Source: Candidatus Hadarchaeota archaeon
GTDB taxonomy: Archaea > CAYQAE01 > CAYVLA01
Reading direction: 5' to 3'
NCBI GenBank assembly: GCA_964452145.1
Contig: CAYVLA010000021.1
Span: 1-37,140 of the forward strand
DNA: 37,140 nucleotides
This document shows positions 16,485 to 24,685 of the stretch, piece after piece. A program made the translations under genes and the position numbers. The notes under the pieces are model-generated. The model had not been told where the DNA came from and did no database searches. It was given only the letters and a program-made list of their open reading frames with translations. How positions within the stretch are numbered: the stretch's first letter is position 1; each line of letters begins with the position of its first letter.

Positions 16485-16796
16485 ATGAAGGAGAACACAG
16501 TGTTCATCGGAAGCAAGAAACTGATGAACTATGTGCTGGCGATAGTGACCCAGTTCAACTCGACGGACGCCGACGAAGTCGTCGTGAAGGCGAGAGGCCG
16601 AGCCATAAGCACGGCAGTCGATGTCGTCGAGGTCACAAAGAACAGATTCCTGCCAGACATATCCTACAAGGACATCAAACTGGGAACCGAGACAGCCAAG
16701 AGGGAGGACGGCAGCGAACTGAAGGTTTCCTCCATGGAGATCGTCCTGAGCCGGCCGAGCAGGAAGAAGGCTGAGGCCGAGAAGCCCAAGGAGTAG
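16485..16796 (+). CDS. albA: DNA/RNA-binding protein Alba
   Basis: VFIGSKKLMNYVLA, VKARGRAISTAVDVVE, VSSMEIVL; Shine-Dalgarno GGAGGT upstream. Confidence 0.96.
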   Translation: MKENTVFIGSKKLMNYVLAIVTQFNSTDADEVVVKARGRAISTAVDVVEVTKNRFLPDISYKDIKLGTETAKREDGSELKVSSMEIVLSRPSRKKAEAEKPKE

Positions 16797-16911
16797 AACG
16801 GTCTCCAAGAGCCTTGGCACGCCGGACCCAAGGGGACCCGGCTCTGCGTTACCCGAGCCGCTCCATCGGCGACGTTGAGATATAAGAAGGTCGCAGCCCA
16901 GCATACCCCGA

Positions 16912-18099
16912 ATGAGGGTTCTGATCACCACATGGGTGTTCCCAACCCATGGCGGCGTCTTCTCGTTTCTCGAGAAGGTGATCCCGGTCCTGAAGCGAGG
17001 CGGATATTCTTTCCGCGTCGCCGCCGGTGCTCCGTCGCCCCAGTCGTATCGGGTCTTCCCCCACCTATCAGGCAACGAGATCCACAACGTCCGCCAGATG
17101 CATCTCCCAAGGCCCTTCTCGTTCCCCCTCTTGCCGCTGCTTGTCTGCATATTGCGGACTGGGAAGGTCCATAACTGTGACCTGATCTTCTCTCAGGATC
17201 CTTTCTACAGCGGCCTGCCCTCCATGGTCGCCTCGAGACTGTTGGGCGTGAAGCTGGTCGTTGCCGACCATGGCATGACCACGAACTTCACGGACCGGGC
17301 ATACTGGGCCAACTTCGGTTTCAGGGCCGTACGGCTCTGGCAGCTTCTTGCGCTGCTGGTCATGAGAGCCGTCTTCGGATCGGCTTGCGGAATATACTCC
17401 CCCGGAGACGACGTGACGGCAAGGCTAACCGATCTATTCGGGGCAAGTACCCGTGGCAAGATCCTGACCCTGCCAATCGCGATCGATTCGGAGGCCTTCC
17501 GCCCGAACCCCGATGTGCGGGAGAGCACCCGGGGCATGCTTGGGCTGGGCAACTCCCCCACGGCGGTCTTCGTCGGACGCCTCCATGTGGAGAGCGGACT
17601 TGAACATCTTGTGGAAGCCGCAGCACTCATCGAACCCGGCATCAGGCCGATCTTCCTCATCGTCGGCGACGGCGTTCTCAGGGATGCCTATGAGGAGCAG
17701 GCCGAGAAGACGGTGCCGGGATATTTCCGATTCCTGGGGTACAGCGATCGGATCGCCGAGTACCTCAACGCCTCCGACATCTTCGCCTTTCCCAAGGTCT
17801 TCGCTGGTGGGTACTCCATCTCGCTCAGAGAGGCGATGGCCGTCGGGTTGGCGTGCGTGGCCACCTGTGGTGTCGATTCCCACGACCGCATCATCCAGGA
17901 CGGGGTCAACGGGATTCTGGTCCCGCCCAGAGACGCTAGGGCCCTCTCCCAAGCCCTCCGCAGACTGCTCGTTGATCACCGGCTCCGGGCCCAGATGGGT
18001 GCGCGGGCTCGAGCCTCCGTAGAGAAGGAATTCCCCCTGGAGGGCTTTGCCGACAAGCTCCACGCCTTGCTTGAGCCTCACGAGAGAAGGTCGGAGTAG
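16912..18099 (+). CDS. Glycosyltransferase family 4 (GT-B)
   Basis: MRVLI...P..GG N-terminus, FVGRL, IVGDG, REAMAVG, DGVNGILVPP. Confidence 0.9.
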   Translation: MRVLITTWVFPTHGGVFSFLEKVIPVLKRGGYSFRVAAGAPSPQSYRVFPHLSGNEIHNVRQMHLPRPFSFPLLPLLVCILRTGKVHNCDLIFSQDPFYSGLPSMVASRLLGVKLVVADHGMTTNFTDRAYWANFGFRAVRLWQLLALLVMRAVFGSACGIYSPGDDVTARLTDLFGASTRGKILTLPIAIDSEAFRPNPDVRESTRGMLGLGNSPTAVFVGRLHVESGLEHLVEAAALIEPGIRPIFLIVGDGVLRDAYEEQAEKTVPGYFRFLGYSDRIAEYLNASDIFAFPKVFAGGYSISLREAMAVGLACVATCGVDSHDRIIQDGVNGILVPPRDARALSQALRRLLVDHRLRAQMGARARASVEKEFPLEGFADKLHALLEPHERRSE

Positions 18100-19220
18100 A
18101 TCTCCGCGAGGAGGGCGGCCATCCTTGACCAGCTGTATTTCCGTTGGGACCTCTTGGCGGCCGACGCGAGCGCCATGTAGAACTGGGGATCGTCCTTCAG
18201 ACGACGAATCGCATCCACAATCGCCTCCGGGTCATCCGGGTCAACCGCGACTCCGTTGCCCTCTTCCTTGACCAAACGGCCTTTCTCCCCTATGTCCGAG
18301 ACGATGATGGGCTTGCCGGCCGCCATGGACTCGAAGAGCTTGTTGGGGATCGTCAATACGTTGTTGGGGTCGGTGGCCTTGTACAGTGCAAAGAGGAGGT
18401 CGGCAGCTGCATCGTACCGGGGAACCAGGGAGGGATCGATCTCGCCTCCGAAGATCACTTTCTCTTCCGCACCGAGCTTCTTTGCAGTCGCCTTCAACTC
18501 TGCCTCAAGCGGGCCGTAGCCACCCAGGAAGAGCTTGACCCCATCGAGCCGGGATACGGCCTTGATCACCTCCTCCAATCCTCTGCCGGCAAAGAGACCC
18601 CCGATGTAGACCAGCAGGAACTCGCCATTCCTCGCCAGCCTGCTGCGAATCTCGAAAGCTTCTTCCTTGAAAGCGGGAAAAGGATCGAAACAGTTCAGTA
18701 CAGTGACAACTCTGCGGGTCGCTGCCCTTCCTGCCATCTCGCCTATCATGGAGCTGGTGACGATGACAACGTCGGCACACCGGATGAAGACTGGCTCCAA
18801 GAACCGGAGAAGAGACACAAGAATCCCGGGAGCGAAGGTCGAGATGAAGTCGGGATAGGACTCGTGCATGTCGTAGACCAGCTTGGCGCCCTTCAGCCTG
18901 GACGCGATGATGCCAACAAGGATCGTGTCCATGTCGTGACAGTGGATCGCGTCTGCGGGCATTGACAGGGAATGCAGCAGAAGCTTGATGTAGAAGCGGA
19001 CGAATCCGGATACTAGCGGGAGGAAGGTGCCGTAGGGGGCCCTCACCGCGATCCTTTTGATCTCGACCCCTTTCAGAGTCTCACGGGCCGGGAAACGACA
19101 CTCCCGATCCCAAGCCAGGACCCTGACTTGATGTCCGGCCTTCACCAAGGACTCGGCCTCTCTCTGCACCCTCAGGTCGGGCTTGAAGGCATTGGCCAGG
19201 AACATGACGATATTTGCCAA
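18078..19220 (-). CDS. Glycosyltransferase family 4 (GT-B)
   Basis: PDLRVQREAESL, IHCHD, VYDMHE, PNKLFESMAAGKP. Start placed at TTG 19220 (ATG 19205 alternative); the longer ORF-track N-terminus overlaps the divergent gene. Confidence 0.9.
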   Translation of the reverse strand: MANIVMFLANAFKPDLRVQREAESLVKAGHQVRVLAWDRECRFPARETLKGVEIKRIAVRAPYGTFLPLVSGFVRFYIKLLLHSLSMPADAIHCHDMDTILVGIIASRLKGAKLVYDMHESYPDFISTFAPGILVSLLRFLEPVFIRCADVVIVTSSMIGEMAGRAATRRVVTVLNCFDPFPAFKEEAFEIRSRLARNGEFLLVYIGGLFAGRGLEEVIKAVSRLDGVKLFLGGYGPLEAELKATAKKLGAEEKVIFGGEIDPSLVPRYDAAADLLFALYKATDPNNVLTIPNKLFESMAAGKPIIVSDIGEKGRLVKEEGNGVAVDPDDPEAIVDAIRRLKDDPQFYMALASAAKRSQRKYSWSRMAALLAEIYSDLLS

Positions 19221-19452
19221 CGACCGGGAGGCGAGAGGGGTCTCCAAAAAAGCTTTCCTAGCCCCGGGACCCGCCGAGGAACCAGTCCCTGAAACCTCCA
19301 GGCCAGAACCTTCGCCTTCTTCGGGCAGGCCGGGCCCATCCTTCATTGTAGAAGAGCAAGCTTTTTTTGCGGGCACTCCACACCCTCGGATCGTCAGGCC
19401 CCATAGCGATGCGGGCAGACACGCGATGCCAGCTGTACACACCGTGAGCCGA

Positions 19453-20607
19453 ATGAGAATCCTCATCGTTCCTGCCATCGACTGGTTCACCGCGCTGGAG
19501 AACAGGGTGCACCACCTGGCTAGGTGCTGGCGCCCCAACCACGAGATCCACGTTGCCCACCTACCGCTGGGCGGGGACTCCCTTAGAGAAAACGAGGGGA
19601 ACGTGATCCACCGCTTGCCCACCGCAAGGACCAAGAGCCTGCTGCTGTACTACCTGACGAATTTCCTGCCGCAGATATTCCAGATTCTGCGCATGATCAG
19701 GAAGGAGTCCATCGAGATCGTCATCACAACAAACCTGTCTGCCGGGACCGCGGCAATCATGGCAGCCAGGATCTCCCGGATAGTGGCCATATTCGACTAC
19801 TGTGACTACCTGCCCGCCTTCTCCCGGTACGCGGGAGCATCCAGCATCCTCCAACCCCTCCTGGGCTGGGTTGGCAAGCTCCTCACGATCTTCAACCTGA
19901 CGGCATCGAATGCCACAGTGGTCATCGGGGAGAGGCTGAGGAGGCACGCCCAGCTGCACTCCAAGTCGGTCTTGATCGTTCCGAACGGAGTCGAGCCATC
20001 CGTCTTTGGATCGACCTCCAGGTGGGTTCCGAATCCTCGACCGGTCCTAGGGTACGTGGGCGTACTGGAGTTCTTCGTGGATCTTCCGTCCGCGGTTCTG
20101 GCACTGGCAAGCATGGAAGGTTCCAGGCTCATCATAGTCGGGGATGGTCGCGAAAGGCCCTACCTCTCTAGTTACGCCAGGAAGACCGGCATGGAAGGCC
20201 GGGTCGAGTTCGTCGGCCGGGTTCCGTATGCCCAGATCCCCGGGTGGATCGAGTCAATGGATATCTGTATCCTTCCATTTGAAAGCAGCGATCTCACGGA
20301 GTCTGCCCTCCCGCTCAAGATCCATGAGTACGCGGCCTGCAGGAGACCCATCATCTCCTCCCCTCTTTTTGAGGTAGTGCGTATGTATGGCGACCTCCTG
20401 GCCTATGCCAGAGGCCCGGAGGAGATCGCGATGAGGGCTTGTCAGATCACGGCAGACTGGAAGACCACATATCGCAGGATTAGGAGGTCCTACGTGAGGG
20501 CCACCGTCACCTACCGGTGGGAACGCTTCGGGGCGAGATACGAAAAGGCTTTTCTAAGGACCCGGGAAACGATCATGAATCGGGACAAAGGCGGGAAAGC
20601 CAGGTGA
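19453..20607 (+). CDS. Glycosyltransferase family 4 (GT-B)
   Basis: MRILIV start, VPNGV, IVGDG, PLKIHEYAACRRPII. Confidence 0.88.
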   Translation: MRILIVPAIDWFTALENRVHHLARCWRPNHEIHVAHLPLGGDSLRENEGNVIHRLPTARTKSLLLYYLTNFLPQIFQILRMIRKESIEIVITTNLSAGTAAIMAARISRIVAIFDYCDYLPAFSRYAGASSILQPLLGWVGKLLTIFNLTASNATVVIGERLRRHAQLHSKSVLIVPNGVEPSVFGSTSRWVPNPRPVLGYVGVLEFFVDLPSAVLALASMEGSRLIIVGDGRERPYLSSYARKTGMEGRVEFVGRVPYAQIPGWIESMDICILPFESSDLTESALPLKIHEYAACRRPIISSPLFEVVRMYGDLLAYARGPEEIAMRACQITADWKTTYRRIRRSYVRATVTYRWERFGARYEKAFLRTRETIMNRDKGGKAR

Positions 20608-22445
20608 ATGCCAGAACGCGGATCGCCCTCATCATCTCGCTGCTGCTGGTTCTCTCGGCAGCAGGCAGGTTGTACCTACTATCTGAGTGGGGCGAGATAC
20701 CGACCAGCGACCCTTACTTCTTCGTGGCATGGGCGTCGGGGATCACAAGAACATCTCACCTGGAGTTCCCCGGCTCCGAGGACAACGCGTACGGGGATTA
20801 CCCGGATGGATATCCGATGCTGTTGGTCCTCCTCTCCTCGACAACCGGAGCCTCGCTGCTGGATCTATCCACATTTCTCCCCGTTCTCTTGGGGGCTCTC
20901 TGTCTCCTTCCGATATACCTAGTGTTCAGAGGCTTCGTGCGTGATCGCCTCTACTGCATAGGCGGCACCTGCGTGGTCATATTCTCCTTCACTTTCCTGA
21001 AGTACACATCGGTCTCCATCCCAAACCTGATCGGGCTCTACTTCTTCGGCCTTTCATTGTTCATCTGCCTCGGATCCAGGTGGAAATCCAAGAGGACCTT
21101 GGTCCTGGCACTCGCCATCCCGGCCCTTGCCAAGCTGCACTATCTGTCCCTGGTGTGCGTCGGGGTCGCGATCGGTATCGTGCTGTCGAGAAGGATCATG
21201 CTCCGGGCATCCGGGGCAGAATTCGATCCGCGGAGGATAGCCTTCCTTCTGATCGTCATCCTGATCGGCGGTGTCGTGGCATGGACGGCGGCCTACAGGC
21301 TCATGAGACAGATCTACGGTATAGACATCACCGCCCAACCGCCACCCCGCCTCAGCCAAGCGACCAAGCTGTATGCATATCCCCTGATCTTCGGACTCGT
21401 TCAGACCCTTGCCCTGCCGGTTGGCCTCCTCGCATCGGCATGGACCTACTATGGCGTCAACTTCAGAGCAAGGAGGAGACGCACGATCACCGACCCGGTC
21501 CTGCTGGTCTCGATCTGGTTCGCATTCTTCGCCTTCGCGGCAGGCTTCTTCAAGGTCGAGTACTACCCGTTCCGCTTCAACTCCTTCCTGATGCTGCCGT
21601 TCGGTATGATCTCGACGATCGGCCTGCTGCACGTCGCGGGATTCCTTTCGGGCAGGGGGCTTGAGAGATGGGAAAGGCTGCTGGTGCCAGTGGTGATAGT
21701 GGCCACATTCGCACAGCCACTTGTCCTATCACGAATCCCGATGGGAGAGGGGTCCGTTCTCCTTCCGTGGAGACAGGAGTATGACGAAGGGGAGAAGCTA
21801 GCGATGGAATGGTCGCAGGACAGCTTGCTCCCAGTCGTCGACGGCCAAAGCATCAGGCCCCTATCCAAGTACCCAGTCTCCCGCGACCAGATGTTGATGG
21901 CGGACTGGGTGAGGTCGAGGGCCTTCAGGGCAAAGGGCTTTGACAACGTCCATCTTCATTGGTGGTTCTTCCAAGGTGTCGACGACCGGACGGGCCAACC
22001 CTACCTCTTCAGGAGCATGGATATCTATACGGGAAATATCACGCACGCCCTGCTGCTTCTGGGCAGACTGAACGTCCGCTCGTCGCCTGGGCTTTTCGGG
22101 GATCATGCCTACTACTACAAGTACATCTACGCAAGCGACGCCATCGCTGAGCTGATCGAGCGCGAGTTCAAGAGGAAGGCTGATCTGGAGAAGTTCGACC
22201 AGTACGACGGCTCCTGTGCTTACTTCGCCTCGTTGGACGATGCACAGGACGACAAGGTCATGGCAAGGGAATATGTTCCCGAGGGCTACCAGAAGGCGGG
22301 GGGCAGCAGGAGAGACCTGATCTACAATCTCTATCCAATCCAGTTCGGAATGGCGGATATGGCAGCCCTCCGGTTGAAGCCCTTTGACCGAATCTACAGC
22401 GCGGGTGGGGTCCGCATCTATTACAGGGCACCGATCAGGACCTGA
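20604..22445 (+). CDS. Polytopic membrane protein, GT-C-fold glycosyltransferase-like
   Basis: About 11-12 hydrophobic segments; first loop TSDPYFF...YPDGY typical of GT-C enzymes; soluble C-terminal domain; GTGA overlap with the upstream GT4. Confidence 0.65.
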   Translation: MNARTRIALIISLLLVLSAAGRLYLLSEWGEIPTSDPYFFVAWASGITRTSHLEFPGSEDNAYGDYPDGYPMLLVLLSSTTGASLLDLSTFLPVLLGALCLLPIYLVFRGFVRDRLYCIGGTCVVIFSFTFLKYTSVSIPNLIGLYFFGLSLFICLGSRWKSKRTLVLALAIPALAKLHYLSLVCVGVAIGIVLSRRIMLRASGAEFDPRRIAFLLIVILIGGVVAWTAAYRLMRQIYGIDITAQPPPRLSQATKLYAYPLIFGLVQTLALPVGLLASAWTYYGVNFRARRRRTITDPVLLVSIWFAFFAFAAGFFKVEYYPFRFNSFLMLPFGMISTIGLLHVAGFLSGRGLERWERLLVPVVIVATFAQPLVLSRIPMGEGSVLLPWRQEYDEGEKLAMEWSQDSLLPVVDGQSIRPLSKYPVSRDQMLMADWVRSRAFRAKGFDNVHLHWWFFQGVDDRTGQPYLFRSMDIYTGNITHALLLLGRLNVRSSPGLFGDHAYYYKYIYASDAIAELIEREFKRKADLEKFDQYDGSCAYFASLDDAQDDKVMAREYVPEGYQKAGGSRRDLIYNLYPIQFGMADMAALRLKPFDRIYSAGGVRIYYRAPIRT

Positions 22446-22616
22446 GGCTCTTGTCCGTTGGCGCGCCCGGCGCAGACCGGGTGACAAGCGTGGTCATGTC
22501 GAGGCCATCTCGCCCAACCGCCTAAGGGGGATCGGGAACACGGATGTGCCGGGGAATGGGAATCAGGTATCGCAAAGTGTTTTATAGCGACCGGCTCAAG
22601 CCGCGTGGATCGCCCC

Positions 22617-23840
22617 ATGATGCCGATGGTGAAACACGGAGTCGTGGTGTATCTCGGCATAGTCGTCTCCAGCCTTCTCATGCTCGCGGCAAAGGTCTAC
22701 ATAAACCGGATGCTGGGAACGGAGGCTCTGGGCGAGTACGAGTTCGGCCTGTCGCTGGTACTCCTGATCTCCGTCTTCGCCATGTTCGGCCTTCACACCT
22801 CCACCGCTAGGATCGTGGCCAGGGACGGGCCTTCGGCTTATCCACTGGTCAGGAAGGCCTTCGTTTGGGTCGTGGTTGTCTGCCTCCTGATCATCCTAGC
22901 GGCCAACCCGCTTGTCAATCGGCTGTACAAAGACAAGGTAGGTTCTAACGTGGTGCTCCACCTCTCACTCCTTCTGCTTGCGGTCTGCTTGCTCAACCTT
23001 AACATGGCATTTTTCCAGGGCAGAAGGGAGATGGGAAAGGTCTCCGCCATCATGGCTGTTGACTCGGCCTCCCGGGCAGGTGGCGTTGCCCTCGCCCTGT
23101 TCCTCGCCCTCCAGACAAGATCCCTTCTTCTGACGATCGGGCTCTTCGCCCTTGCATTCGAGGTCATTGTAGCGGCCTGGATTTTCCCAAGGCTGGGACG
23201 GCCCACCGGGACGGGGAGCCAGTTTGGCGACATGGTCCAGATCTCCTTCTACATCTTCCTGATCGCAGCTTCAGGTGCCGTGTCGACCCGGATTAGCGCG
23301 TTCGTGATCGCCTACAGACTGGACTCGCTGAGTCTGGGATGGTTTGCCATGGCCAACCTCTTCATCCTCCCATTGTCGCTCCTGGCAAGAACGATAGAGA
23401 CCGTTCTGCTACCAAGGGCGTCAGCCAGGGAGGATTTCGCTCTCGGAAAGGTGGCCGCAATGGCCTCAATCGTTGCCGTTGGTAGCGTGGTTCTCTATGT
23501 TCTGGCGGCCGACCATCTGATGCTCCTGTTCGGCCCCGGGAATATCCTCGCCGCCCGGGCATTGAGGATACTCTGCATCGGCTACTCGGCAATCCTGGTT
23601 TACTCCGTTTTCTCGGCTTTCATCTTTGGAAGAGCGCCCGGCACATTCCTTGGAAAGCTCGTCATGGTGACCTTCGTCCAGTCCCTGCTCATCGCCCCGG
23701 CCCTCAATGTCTACCTTGTTGGCAGGGTGGGCCTCACCGGCGCTGCCTGGGCCACCAATGCCTCGCTCCTGATCCAGACCACGCTCTGGACGATCGCAGG
23801 GCTGATACTCAACAGAAGGCGAGATACCGAGGGAGTCTAG
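22617..23840 (+). CDS. Wzx/MOP-superfamily oligosaccharide flippase
   Basis: About 12 TM helices; RMLGTEALGEY, FGL, LGWFAMA and GLTGAAWAT motifs; lies in a glycosyltransferase cluster. Confidence 0.85.
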   Translation: MMPMVKHGVVVYLGIVVSSLLMLAAKVYINRMLGTEALGEYEFGLSLVLLISVFAMFGLHTSTARIVARDGPSAYPLVRKAFVWVVVVCLLIILAANPLVNRLYKDKVGSNVVLHLSLLLLAVCLLNLNMAFFQGRREMGKVSAIMAVDSASRAGGVALALFLALQTRSLLLTIGLFALAFEVIVAAWIFPRLGRPTGTGSQFGDMVQISFYIFLIAASGAVSTRISAFVIAYRLDSLSLGWFAMANLFILPLSLLARTIETVLLPRASAREDFALGKVAAMASIVAVGSVVLYVLAADHLMLLFGPGNILAARALRILCIGYSAILVYSVFSAFIFGRAPGTFLGKLVMVTFVQSLLIAPALNVYLVGRVGLTGAAWATNASLLIQTTLWTIAGLILNRRRDTEGV

Positions 23841-23992
23841 AAGGAGATCTTCCTGACCTCGGTGATCCCTTTGGCCTTCCTGTACGCCTCGCATTCTCGC
23901 TTGTTGCAGTTAACCACGTAACGATTGGTCAGAAGGCAATACGTCAGCTTCTGGTATCCCTTCTGCCTCATGTACTCGCAGGAACGTATCAT
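23837..23992 (-). CDS. Small (51 aa) Cys4 basic protein, not in the ORF track
   Basis: Manual translation MIRSCEYMRQKGYQKLTYCLLTNRYVVNCNKRECEAYRKAKGITEVRKISF; fills the intergenic gap, stop overlaps the flippase stop (CTAG), TATA-like TTTTAAA about 40 nt upstream. Confidence 0.65.
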   Translation of the reverse strand: MIRSCEYMRQKGYQKLTYCLLTNRYVVNCNKRECEAYRKAKGITEVRKISF

Positions 23993-24088
23993 CGGGATCC
24001 TTCCCAGGCGGGAGAGCCAACACCCCTTTGTTTAAAAATGCATTTAGCCTGGTACGGAAGCCCACCCCTGGTGGGAAGGGAGGCCGAA

Positions 24089-24274
24089 TCAGACCTTCTT
24101 CAGAACCGGCAGACCGGTCTTCTTGTTGACGACGACCTTCATGCCGGGCGGCAGCTCGTTGACGGGCTGACCACCCTTCTTCTTCGCCGCGGCCTGGTCG
24201 CGGGTGAAGTAGAAGATGCGCCCCTTCTTAAACAGGTAATAGATCTTGCCCTTGGAATTATACGAGTAGGCCAT
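24089..24274 (-). CDS. Small (61 aa) very basic protein
   Basis: MAYSYNSKGKIYYLFKKGRIFYF...ELPPGMKVVVNKKTGLPVLKKV; TATA element at 24308-24319 and SD-like GGTGG upstream. Confidence 0.8.
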   Translation of the reverse strand: MAYSYNSKGKIYYLFKKGRIFYFTRDQAAAKKKGGQPVNELPPGMKVVVNKKTGLPVLKKV

Positions 24275-24401
24275 CTGTACCCACCGCAAATATCAGAAAC
24301 TACCTTGCTTATAAATATTCCGCGGTTTTGCATCAATAATCGATAAGCCATTCGGTTTGCTTTCATCGTGCCACGCTGTGAACGGAGTTCGATCGTTTAA
24401 C

Positions 24402-24671
24402 CTACGAGGCCTTCGACGCATTGAACGCCTCCACGATCGCCTCCTTGGTTGGCAGTCTCCCGGCCGCCACCAGCCTCTCCCCCACAACGACGGCCGGCGC
24501 GGACATGACCTGATGCTGGAGAGCCGTCAGCAGATCGTCCTCCTGGTCAAGGTCAAACTCCTGCAGACTGACCTGGTCTCCGAGCTCCGAAACGACCTCC
24601 TCCACGATCCTCTTGGCCTGGGGGCAATTGGGGCAATCCTTCCTGGTAAACAGCATCACCTGAACAGACAT
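24402..24671 (-). CDS. Small cytoplasmic thioredoxin/glutaredoxin-like protein (NrdH-like redoxin)
   Basis: CPNC motif, VMSAPAVVV cis-Pro loop; starts 15 nt after the stop of the nrdD-like gene. Confidence 0.88.
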   Translation of the reverse strand: MSVQVMLFTRKDCPNCPQAKRIVEEVVSELGDQVSLQEFDLDQEDDLLTALQHQVMSAPAVVVGERLVAAGRLPTKEAIVEAFNASKAS

Positions 24672-24685
24672 ACATCCTGCCTCCG

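Noticed and set aside
20604..22445. Oligosaccharyltransferase AglB
   Set aside because: The diagnostic WWDxG motif is absent.
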